Source: Selaginella moellendorffii (lineage: Eukaryota; Plantae; Lycopodiophyta). Taken from it: a stretch of 64,000 nt of DNA. The stretch is taken from contig NW_003314265.1 of the NCBI RefSeq assembly GCF_000143415.4, positions 3,468,443-3,532,442 of the forward strand, read 5' to 3'. Below the pieces are notes generated by a model, which was given only the letters and a program-made list of their open reading frames with translations, was not told where the DNA came from and did no database searches. Shown here piece by piece: positions 36,338 to 47,030 of the stretch. Position numbers and translations under genes: made by a program. Every line of letters begins with the position of its first letter. Position 1 is the stretch's first letter.

Positions 36338-36691
36338 AACTGTACGTAAGGTTTCCCTCGTTGTTTCTGGATTGGTTCTGTTTCTTTGCTTTTCTTTTTT
36401 CTTGCTAGCTAGCATCATTTTCTCGGAGCTCTCGCTTTCTACGATGCGCAAAACTTGTAATGGTTTGTGTTTTGCTGGGTCAATTGCCTGGTAACCGTTT
36501 TTATTTCTCAGAATTGCAAACGTGGCTCGTAAGAGCTAGTGTTTCAAGCGTTGGAAAATCTGCAAACAGGTTTCTTACGAGTTATTATTAGAAGAAAAGC
36601 GCATTTTCTAATCTAGACAGGAAATATACATTCTAAGGCATTTCATCGTAAATATATATCAGGGCATTGCTGCAGTAGGAATTGCGCGACA

Positions 36692-39160
36692 ATGAAAATC
36701 ATGTTCTTCATTGTTGTTAACTGTTGCTCCTTGGTGTTGTTCTCGCAGCAGCATCCTTTGCCTTCGAGACTGCCGATTGATCGCGCCGTGATAAACATTG
36801 ACAACTCTTCGTCTGTGCGAGCTTCTCCCGATGTGCTTGGCAAGGAGGTAGCAAAATTTATGGTTTCACGGACACTGATTCTTCCTTTTACTGTCCCTCA
36901 GAAAGAACATGCTGGAAACGTCCTTGTGCAATTCCAGAGGGCCTCTGGAGCGAGCGACCAGGACTGGATCGGTGTCTTCTCGCCACCAGTATTCAAGTAT
37001 AATCTTCACACTGAAAAGAGTTTTCTTCTACTTTGGATTTGATCGCTCGCAGCTCCTCCGTCTGCGTGGTCAAGACAAGAATACCCGCTTGGGGACCTTA
37101 CATCTGCAGCGCTCCCATCAAGGTACTACTACTTCTTGGTGTCATTCATTAGACGTAATACCTTTCGGTTTTGTCCTTTCAGTTTCAGTACGCAAACCAG
37201 TCGCAAGACTACGTGAGCAGCGGCAGTGGACAGCTCACGTTCCGTCTCATCAACCAGCGCGCAAACTTTTCTTTTGATTTGTTCTCCGGCTTTGCGGAGG
37301 TAAGATGATCGCAGCTCTCTATCTAACATCTGTAACTTCTCCGACTGAGCAGCCGGTGCTGATCGCCGTGTCTAACGTGGTCACCTTTGACAACTTGAAG
37401 ATGCCTTTGTACCCGAGGCTAGCTCAGGGAAGGGCTTGGAACGAGGTAAATTGTCATCGCTCGATCCTGTTATATCAAACAAAGAAGCTCAGGATCTCAC
37501 AGATGACTGTGACTTGGACGAGCAATTACCTTCCCAGCGAGGCAGCTCCATTTAACACGGCAGGCGTACGATGACAAGTATTCCTTTGTTGCTCATCCGG
37601 CCACCACGCTGTCAGTGAGTCGTGGAGATAGGTATGTTGGGTTAGCTATGGATTTTTTAATTTTTTTTTAACCGACAGTTGTTTTGAAGGAGCGCCGGCA
37701 TCCACTATCGGATGGCGAGACCCTGGGCAGAGCCATACTGGGATTATGACGGACTTATGGCCAACCACAAGGTAAGTTTATCACATGCATCGAGTTTAAC
37801 ATTCTTGTGTTTTCTTTTTTCGCTGCAGGGATAGCTTCCAAGTGCTGCAGGATGCCTCGTTTGTCATGAGCCCAAAGATGTACTTTCATTCACCCCCATT
37901 TCCTGGCCAAGAATCCTTGCAACGAGTTGTGATATTCGGTGATATGGGCACGGTACAAGTTTTTTGTTTTCTCTTTCTTCCTTTTTTTTTTCGTAAAAAA
38001 CTCTTTACAAAACCAACTTGTGCGAATTCAAGAGCACCAGCGAGATGGATCGAGAATGTACTTCGATTTGGAGCCGGGGTCTTTGAACACAACTGACACA
38101 CTTAACAACGAAATAAACGACATCGACATTATCTTCCACATTGGCGACATATCCTACGCAACTGGATATCTCTCCGAGTGGGATCAGTTCACGGAGCAGA
38201 TTGAGAATTTGTCTTCCAAAGTTCCTTACATAACAGCCAGGTATTTTACAATCTTCTTTCTCTTTTGTCGATCTAAAGTTTGCTCAAATCAATGGAAACC
38301 ATGAGCGAGATTGGCCAAACACTGGCTCTTTCTACAACAGCACCGACTCGGGAGGCGAGTGTGGTGTTGTTTCACCAACCGTGTTCAACATGCCCGTGCA
38401 AAACAGGGACAAATTCTGGTTTGTAGTTCTAAAGTCGAGAGAAAGCTAGCTGATTCACAGTTTTGTTGTTTTTTTCCTTGCAAGGTATAAAACCGACTAT
38501 GGTCTCTTCCACTTCTGCATCGCCGACTCGGAGCACGACTGGCGCGACGGCACGGAGCAGTACGAGTTCCTCGAGAATTGCTTCCGGAGCGCGGACAGGC
38601 AGAAGCAGCCGTGGCTGGTATTCATCTCTCACCGCGTCCTCGGCTACTCGTCGTGCTACCACCACCGGCGAGAGGGACAGCTTGGAGAAGCTGTGGCAAA
38701 AGTACAAGGTGGACCTCGCCTTCTACGGCCACATCCACAACTACGAGCGCACCTATCCAGTCTATAACGTGAGTGCTTTCGTGTTTTTGCCCATAGCTGG
38801 ATCTTCTCTCATACTTGGCGCTTCTCCATCGTGCAGCAAGTTCCTGCCAGTGACGAGAAAGATTTCTACTCGGGGACTTTCAACGGGACGATTCACGTAG
38901 TTGCGGGAGGCGGCGGGTTTTGGCTGAGCCAGTTCCCGGAGAGCAAGCCATCGTGGAGCTTGAATCAGGACTGCGACTTTGGCTACACCAAGCTCACCTC
39001 GTTCAATCGCTCGTCGCTGCTGTTCGAGTACAAGAAGAGCCGCGATGGCGAAGTCTATGACCAGTTTTGGATCCACAGGGAGTACAAGGACGTCCTGGGC
39101 TGCGACTCTCTCAGCATGTTTTGCCCCCTGGTTACCTCCGCCGAGAACTATCCAGCATAG
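36692..39160 (+). pseudogene. Purple acid phosphatase (PAP1/24/27, nucleotide pyrophosphatase type), probably pseudogenised
   Basis: Metal motifs GDMG, GDISY, GNHE, SHR and GHIH are present. Apparent frameshifts near 37553 ('EAAPF' to 'RQAYDDK') and 38660 ('YSSCY' to 'TTGERDSLEKLW'); acceptor before 'GNHERD' reads AA rather than AG (~38292). Confidence 0.8.
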
Positions 39161-39353
39161 CGATCACGATCATCCAGTGACCATCTTCACGATCTTCCTG
39201 ACTGACAACCAAACTTTTTGTGCTCTGCCAAAAAAAATAAAAAATTCTTTTTGAAACTGGATTTGGGTTCGAGACTCCTGTGATGCGAGGCTAACTTTCG
39301 TAACTGTTTGATTTTCTTTTTCCCGGGAAGAGGGGAAAAAAAAGCGAAGGGCG

Positions 39354-40035
39354 ATGAGGATTGTTCCAAATCGATCCGCTGGGGAGGAGAAGCTCACCTC
39401 TCCCTCGGCCGTGACCGAGAAGCGCCTGATGAGCATGAAGAAGACAGACTTGATTCGATGGCTCCAGCAACACAAGGTGGAATTGCCTCCAAAGGTAGCG
39501 TAAATCTCTCCCTCGCTCTTGTCCTCCTCTTCTTTTTTTCTAGAATCCACTCCAAGCTTTCAAATCCTTCCTCTTTCGTCAAGCAGTGAGATTCAATCGA
39601 TGTATGATCCCACATTGCCATGTCTAACTTGCAGAACCAGCTCAAGGAGTACTATCTGGGCATGGCTCTGCAAAAACACGCAGAGCTCGGAGGAGGCCAC
39701 CGGCATGTCCAAGTCGCCACCGAGAAGCCAGCTCCCGAGAGGAAAAGGGTAAGAAGAGAAAATCTTGACACATTTGTTTGCATAACGAATGAAACTTGTA
39801 GAGAGGGAGGCCGAGGCGAAGATCCAAGTCGCCTCATCCTTCCCGGTCCTCCCACCTAAGCCGGTTGCGATCCTATCTCCCGGGGAGGCCGCTGTCGGGA
39901 TTTCTAGGCGTGGGGCTCAGCAGGAGAAAGGTGCTGAGATTCATCTTTGTGGCCGCGATTGTGTTTGGCGTGCTTGGCTACGCGTACCAGGTGAGGAGAT
40001 TCCAAAGGAGGAGGAAATGGTGCTGGCAAAGATGA
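39354..40035 (+). CDS. Small 3-exon protein: LEM-like/HeH domain + AT-hook/NLS + C-terminal TM helix (emerin/LAP2-like architecture)
   Basis: Exons 39354-39494, 39635-39748 and 39802-40035, all phase 0 with GT-AG and a CTAAC branch point before exon 2, give a 162-aa ORF: MRIVPN...LMSMKKTDLIRWLQQHKVELPPKNQLKEYYLGMALQKH...ERKRRGRPRRRSKSP...RKVLRFIFVAAIVFGVLGYAYQ. Confidence 0.72.
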
Positions 40036-40497
40036 CTATATTGTTTGATGTTCTGAAACAAGATTGATTAGAAAAGATATTTTAGATCTTAATTGTTATA
40101 TAGGGAGATTAGACAACATGAGGTCGACCAAACATAAACAACAGTGTATGAGACCATGTCAAAGTCATTGAAGAGTGTGGACTCCATGCAATTAAGGCAG
40201 CCAAATTTGACAGTGATATGGTCAGGGGAGAAGAGTTTTCCTCAAAATTGCCATGCAAACGTACACAAGACAAAACAAAACTGTAGGCTCACTTCACTGA
40301 AATTCTCCCTTGCGTGTTGTATGGTAGCATCCCAATTGCTCAGTATAAAAGCCCATCCCCTCACCACAATTTTCATTCATCATTCTTCCAGTTTCATTCA
40401 TCCATCCTCATATCATTTTGATCTCGTCCCAATTGTTCCAGAGCTTATCGAGCTTGCTTTGAGAATCCTCGTTCCAGAGAGCTCGAGTTTTAGATCC

Positions 40498-41157
40498 ATG
40501 GCCATGGCGCGCGCTTCGTCAATCCTGCTTCTGAGCACCGTGATCATCGCATTCTTGGCCAGCGCAGTGGTCTCCGACCCAGATCCACTCCAAGACTTTT
40601 GCGTCGCGGATCTCACCGCATCACCGGGCGTCAATGGCTTCCCATGCAGGAACGCGTCCAGCGTCACGGTGGAGGACTTCATCTACAGAGAAATGGTGAA
40701 TCCGGCCAACATCACCGCCATGAATCGCGCGGGCGCAGTGTTTGGAACCGTGCTGAGGTTCCCCGGGATCAACACCCTTGGCCTCTCCATGGCCAGGCTC
40801 GACTTGCTACCCGAGGGGATTATCGCGCCACACACCCATCCCAGGGCCACGGAGATGGTGTACGTCGAGGAGGGGAGCGTTTACGCCGCCATTGTCACCG
40901 CGGACAACCGCTTGTTTGCACAGGTGCTGACCAGAGGCGAGGTGATGGTAATTCCGCGTGGATTGATCCACTGGCAGATGAATGTCGGCAGGAACAACGC
41001 CAAGATCATTGCTGCGCTCAACTCTCAGCTCGCGGGGACGCAATTTGTAGGGAGGTCCATGTTTGGATCGAGCCCCCAGGTGCCCGACGAGGTGCTCGAA
41101 AAGACCTTTTTTATCGACAACACTACCATCAATCAGGTCCGATCCGTGTTTGCTTGA
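40498..41157 (+). CDS. Germin-like protein (cupin), intact
   Basis: Signal peptide, 'SDPDPLQDFCVAD', germin boxes 'GIIAPHTHPRATEMVYV' and 'PRGLIHWQMN'. TATA box 'tataaa' at ~40345. Confidence 0.95.
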   Translation: MAMARASSILLLSTVIIAFLASAVVSDPDPLQDFCVADLTASPGVNGFPCRNASSVTVEDFIYREMVNPANITAMNRAGAVFGTVLRFPGINTLGLSMARLDLLPEGIIAPHTHPRATEMVYVEEGSVYAAIVTADNRLFAQVLTRGEVMVIPRGLIHWQMNVGRNNAKIIAALNSQLAGTQFVGRSMFGSSPQVPDEVLEKTFFIDNTTINQVRSVFA

Positions 41158-42217
41158 TTTAATCTTCTTTGACCTTCCAAACTGAATGCACATTCAAATT
41201 CAACATTGAAACGTTTTGTTTCTCCTTTTTAATTATTTTTTTCTATCTCAAAATTATTTAAAATAACAAAAATAAATTATATAACAAAACTTTGCTCATA
41301 AAATTCATATCCAAAAACTTTTAATTGGTTCGAGTTTTTTTCAATATTAATGTTTATTACCCTTAAAAACGTTTTTTAAAGTGTTCCTACAAGAAATGAA
41401 TTTTCTCTTTTTTATTAGAATTAATGATACTATAGATATTTTGATATAACAATTTTTTTTATAAGTTAGAATGGTTTGAAAGGATAAATTATATGCTATT
41501 AATTATTTTTATTATTTAGTTTAAAATTATATTGCACTAGTATTTATTTGTATTCTAAATAGATGAACTATTCCTATTTGAAAAAATCATTCTAAGCCAC
41601 AATAATTTTTATTTGTTATTAATTGTAGAACACTGAAACACAAGTATGTAAGGGAGAACAAGAAATTTCAAACCCCAGTGCATTCTATTGATCTCAGCAA
41701 GATCAAATAATCTATCTTCAAATTATCTAGCTTGGACTTGTTGAGCTTTGCAGTCAAAGAAAAGTTGTTACAAATAAAATGCTTTAATCCATGGTATGAC
41801 ATTTACGTCACATGGCATTGATTAAATCTATTTGTAACAATGTTGGCTAAAGGTGGAGGAGTGCAAGATCATTTGAGCACATCCATCAGTCAATTTAGAT
41901 TTACAAACATAAACATAATTTGGTTTTGGGCATGGTAAAATGTGAATTGTTTAAACATATATGTTTAACTCATAAAATAAATGTTGAACACACCAATTTT
42001 TTTAAAGGTATATATATATATTTGCATGTATTACAATTTTCTACAATTGTAGTCAAGTTAATTTTGTCTCTTCTTGGTTCGCATTATAACTTTGAACTCG
42101 GCTATAAAACTCCTTGGTAAGTATAAAGAACTAGTCTCCCAAGCACCACTCCATTCCATCTCATTCATTCAATCAAAGCCTGTGTGATCAGTTCTATCCC
42201 TATCGTAGCTAAACAAT

Positions 42218-42760
42218 ATGGCTGTATCCAAAATTATATTCTTCGTGTTCTTCACTCCGCATTGGAGACCTAAGCGCCACGAGCATCAATGGCTTCCCAT
42301 GCAGGAACGCGTCGCTGGACGACTTCATCTCTCGTGAACTCCTCCAACACCACAAACATGGATCGCTCTGGCGCGATCTTCCTTTCGCACATCCGGGCCT
42401 CAATACTTTGCATCGCTAGGCTCGATTTCCTTCCCGAGGGGATCATCCCCTCCACAGACCCATCCCAGAGCCTCGGAGATGGTACGTCGAGGAGGGGAGC
42501 GTCTACGCCGCCATTGTCACCGCGGACAACCGTTGTTCGCTCGTGTGATGAAGTGGTGATGAACAGGGACGAGGTGATGGTGATCCCGCGTGGATGGATC
42601 CACTGGCAGATAAATGTCGGCCGGACAAATGCCAAGACCATCGCCACTCTCAACTCGGCGAGGTCCATGTTTGGGTTGCGGCCGGCAGTTCCTGACGAGG
42701 TGCTCGAGAAGACTTCCTTCTTGGACGCGGTTGCGACCGATCAAGTCCGATCCAACTCTG
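42218..42760 (+). pseudogene. Germin-like pseudogene, inverted duplicate of the 45066-45713 gene
   Basis: Multiple deletions and frameshifts; retains 'ARLDFLPEGIIP', 'EVMVIPRGWIHWQINVG' and 'PAVPDEVLEKT'. Its 5' leader matches the reverse complement of ~45745-45790. Confidence 0.88.
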
Positions 42761-42871
42761 TACGAGCCAACAATGATTATTTCTTTCAGTTATTCTTTTT
42801 TCAAAAACAATAAGAGATTGATTTTTTCTCGCGAAAAAGTAAAGTGTGAAGAGACTTGGAAACGAAACTTT

Positions 42872-44164
42872 TCATTCCTCAGCTATAGGAAATACTGAAC
42901 CAATTCGATTTCTTCCATACCTGTAGCACTTCACGTTTACACCATAGGATCCCAGAACCAAATGATTGTCTTCGTCACCACAGAAGAAGCAAAGAGTATA
43001 GAGCGCTAGCTCAAACTCGGGACTCACTCCAATGAAAGAGCTTGACGCTGGCTTGCGAGCACCATTCCAAGTGAACTGGACTGTGACAAGCTGGGTATGC
43101 GAGTCAGGCTGCACAATTCCAAAAAAAAAGAAAGATGGAGATGATTGTTAAAACAAGAACACTCCAGAGCCATTTTCTACCTCGTCACCACCACGCCTCC
43201 TTGGTAGTATATAGCCTTGATAATCCAGGCTCCCCTTTGCTTCTTCAATGTAGAACTACAATGAGAGTTAAAAAAGCCATCACGACCGTCACGGAGTTGA
43301 GAAGAACAACGCATACCTGGATCCAGTTGTGGAGGCCGGAGACTTCTTCATCGTTGTTCTCCCGGTCCTTGATCTCTCCCACAAAAACGTGCTCAAACGC
43401 CGAAGAGGAGTCTCTCGTGTTATCTCGCCTGTAGAGATCGAACCATAGCCGCTGGAGCATCCGCTTGAACTCCTCCCAGTTGTCCGACTGGATGGCCCGG
43501 CTTGCAACCAGGTACTTGAACAGGTACTGGATTGGAGCCGTCCTGCTTATCTCTTCCACGAAAGCTATCTGTTCTTGCTCTTCCCTCGACGAGAACTCCT
43601 CTGCAACATCCTGATCTGCGTGATAGTTGTCCAGCAGCGCGTAGAACCTGGCGTAAGTTGGCCTTTTGAAAACGTCCTGGCTGACAAATCTGAAGAGCTC
43701 GTTGGAAGCCATATCCTCCTTGCTGTAGACTCTCTTCCCATCCCCGCAGTCGATCTCGTAGTCACGGCCAGGAACAAGGCGGTCGATGTCGAGATCCCAA
43801 AGCCGGCTGCAAGCAACGCGGTAGTCACTAAGTTCCTCGTCCGTTGGTTCGAGGTTTATAGACGAAGAGTCTACACCTTCGGAATAGTCCTGATCGCTTG
43901 CATTCCTCTTGAAAGCTTGCTTGTATTCATCTGGTGCCTGGAAACGAAAAGAAGAGAAGAGCACTCGCTAGATCTATGTAGTCTAAAGATAAATCTCACC
44001 TGCTGATGCTTGTGCTTATCCCACCTGGATCTCGGTTGCTCCTCTTCCTCCTTTCTCGAATCTGCCTCGTTTGACTGCGAATTGTCCGCATTTTGGTTTC
44101 CAGCGGCAAAATCTTGCACTGCTTCAATGCCAATGTTGATAAGTCCCTTGAGAAGTCCTTCCAT
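42872..44164 (-). CDS. EndoU / XendoU-family poly(U)-specific endoribonuclease
   Basis: 'RLWDLDIDRLVPGRDY', 'LLDNY', catalytic His/His/Lys motifs 'SSAFEHVFVGEIK', 'GLHNWIQ' and 'RKPASSSFIGVSPEFELALYT'. Likely start 'MEGLLKGLINIG' at 44164. Confidence 0.93.
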
Positions 44165-45065
44165 AGCTCCCTCTTCTGATGATACCCTGGAAGACATGCT
44201 ATCACGTCGCCTTACTTCAACATAAATGTCGCTCACGCGTTGCCCAACGCGTTCGGATATTCCACTTGAGAACGCATGGTTTCCTGTGATTGCAAAAGCT
44301 CATTAAATAGCAAACTACCGACACACAGTGGAACTTGCCTGCTTGAAAATCGTTCCTTGAACTTCTGGTGTAATAAAACGTCTCCAAGCCTGGAAGGAAG
44401 CTTTTAGCAAGATTGGATGTAATCAAAACATAAACATTTAATAAGTACATTAGCTTTGTTTGAGGATACACTTGCTTCATACCTTATCCAGGCCGCCGTC
44501 TATAGTATAGATACAATGTGGCATCCACTTTGCTCCACTGATTCTCGGTCAAGTTCTTCAACAGACTTTTATAGACAAAAGGGAAGAATCACAAACCATT
44601 GGGGTTGCAGAATGATATGCCAGAAACGTTGTTATCCTAGTCCAGTATCACCCAGAGGCGATGGTTTCGTAAGTAGACCAGAAACCACACATCAGGTTCG
44701 GGTATGATTGCTAAATTTCCCACCCAAGTGCGTGCGGCTCATTGGCGAACATCCCAGTTCATGTCAACAGTCATCTTCTTGCCAAAATCACAAAATAAAT
44801 GGAAGAAAAAGAATCAGAAACAATCATTCAGAAGAAAATGATCCGTATGCGAGTCCCCGCCGCTTCTGGAAATTAAAAAAATGAGAGAAATTTTCTTCTA
44901 CTACCTTTCGTTGTTGGCCGCGTATCGGTATCTCTAAAGCAGTTGTGGCCGATTGGGCCTAAGGCTTGCTTCTTAGACGATAAAGCTCCCTGGCCAGGAA
45001 CCCTAAATCAATCTCTTATTGTTTTGGAAAAGAATATCGAAAACAAAGAACAAGAAAATGTAGGA

Positions 45066-45713
45066 TCACAAGAAGTTGGATCGGACTTGATCAATTGCAG
45101 CCGCGTCCAAGAAGAAAGTCTTCTCGAGCACCTCGTCAGGGACCGCCGGCCGCGACCCAAACATGGACCTCGCCACAAACTGGATTCCCGGGAACTGGGA
45201 GTTGAGTGTGGCGATGATCTTGGCGTTCGTCCGGCCGACATTCATCTGCCAGTGGATCAATCCGCGCGGGATCACCATCACCTCGCCCCTGCTCATCACA
45301 CGAGCGAACAAGCGGTTGTCCGCGGTGACAATGGCGGCGTAGACGCTCCCCTCCTCGACGTACACCATCTCCGAGGCTCTGGGATGGGTGTGTGGAGGGA
45401 TGATCCCCTCGGGAAGGAAATCGAGCCTGGCGATGGAGAGTCCCAGAGTGTTGAGGCCCGGAAATCTCAGTGCTGTTCCAAAGGTCGCGCCAGCGCGATC
45501 AATGTTTGTGGTGTTGGAGGAGTTCACGAGCCCGCTGTAGATGAAGTCGTCCACCGTGACGAGCGACGCGTTCCTGCATGGGAAGCCATTGATGCTCGGC
45601 CTGGCGCTTAGATCTCCAATGCAAAAGTCTTGAAGTGGATCTGGGTCAGATGAAACCAGGGAAACGGCCAAGAATGTGAAGAGCACGAAGATTATGGATT
45701 TAGATACAGCCAT
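45066..45713 (-). CDS. Germin-like protein (cupin), intact
   Basis: Signal peptide, 'SDPDPLQDFC', 'GIIPPHTHPRASEMVYV' and 'PRGLIHWQMN'. Confidence 0.95.
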   Translation of the reverse strand: MAVSKSIIFVLFTFLAVSLVSSDPDPLQDFCIGDLSARPSINGFPCRNASLVTVDDFIYSGLVNSSNTTNIDRAGATFGTALRFPGLNTLGLSIARLDFLPEGIIPPHTHPRASEMVYVEEGSVYAAIVTADNRLFARVMSRGEVMVIPRGLIHWQMNVGRTNAKIIATLNSQFPGIQFVARSMFGSRPAVPDEVLEKTFFLDAAAIDQVRSNFL

Positions 45714-46459
45714 GGCTACGATAGACACACAAGCTCTTGTATTGCTTTGATCGAATGAATGAGATGGAATGGATTGGTGCTGGGGAGATTTGTGGGATTA
45801 TATATGCCAAGGAATACGGTGTTGCTTTTCGCGTGTGGCACTCCTAGGGAGAATTTGAAAGCCGAGTAAGTACAAGCCTACAATGTTGAATAGCAAAATC
45901 AATGTGTATTTTGTTTCTTCTGGTTGCCAAAGTTCGATGGAAGGTTCGTTGGTCGTCACGTCTGACCAATTTTACTATTTTAAAATCCAAGACAATTAAT
46001 TAACAAAAGTTTTAATTAGGAATATATTCTAGGATATTTCTCAATCTATCGTACCAAAGAATTTTTAAAAAACAAAACAGAATCTATACAAACATCATTC
46101 AATAAGACATAACTATGACAAATAATATCTGATAGTATATGGGTGGATCGTTTATTTAATCATGCACATTTTAATTTTTTTTTTAATTGCACATGAAATT
46201 ATTATATAGCAATTTAAACATAATTGTAACAATACAAAATCTCTAGGAGCCAAGAAAACCATAAAAAAATCAATCACTAATCACTCACAACAAGATTTTA
46301 TAATGCTTTATATTTCCATAAATTGTGGATTAAATTGAATCATGCAAAAAAGAGGACATGACATTGCTGCACATGTGGATGATGTGTTTGTGCACCTGTG
46401 CACCCATGAGTGTGGGATGTCCCATATAAATATTATAATACAAGTCATATGTCACATGT

Positions 46460-47030
46460 CACAGTTTGTCAAGGATGGATCCCACAAAGAACTTCATGCT
46501 GATGTCTAAGATCATAAACTTGGGGAGATCTGTAAGGTAGCTCGGGATTTCACTTGTGAGCCAATTGCCAATGATGTCAAGCTTTGTGAGATTACCATAG
46601 CATACTGTCAACCAAGGACCTAAGTAGTGTAGTCTTAAGGCCGAGCAAGAGCTCAGTGAGGTTGGAGAGATTACTGATGCTGGTTGGGATCTCACCAAAG
46701 AGGGAATTGTTCACAAAGTCAAGGATCTAGAGTGAGCACCCACACTCACTCTAGATCCTTGACCTTCTGAACAATTAAGCCTCAAGGCTAGGCACTAGAA
46801 TGTGGCTGGACAAAAGATTGCTGCTCAAATCCAGTTGCCACAATGCTGTTAGGGAGAAAATTAATGGAAGGATGTGGCTGGAGAGGCGAACAAGCTCCTC
46901 TAAACAATGATCTTGCCTAGTATATAGTTGCTAGTCAAGACTCAATAAGAAATTTGTGGAGAGGTTGAGCTTCTTGAGCTGCCCACCTAGCAATGTATCC
47001 TCCTTGTTAGAGAATTTGAGGCATATTAAG
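46460..47030 (-). pseudogene. Decayed LRR gene fragment inside an AT-rich island
   Basis: Broken frames read 'ILDFVNNSLFGEIPTSISNLSNLTELLL', 'NLTKLDIIGNWLTSEIPSYLTDLPK..ILDIS...FVGSI' and 'QLKKLNLSTNFL'; many stops and few CpG. Confidence 0.75.
46705..46776. repeat. Near-perfect inverted repeat (32-bp arms, 8-nt loop)
   Basis: aattgttcacaaagtcaaggatctagagtgag - cacccaca - ctcactctagatccttgaccttctgaacaatt; the inner 19 bp are perfect, with 2 mismatches overall. Confidence 0.95.

Noticed and set aside
40144-40497. N-terminal extension of the germin ORF in the ORF track
   Set aside because: Starts at a non-ATG codon upstream of the TATA box; the signal peptide begins at 40498/40504.
46729-46739. 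'agagtgagcac' resembles the 3' end of miR156
   Set aside because: Only 11 nt match; the 5' part (TGACAGAAG) is absent and the match runs into the loop.
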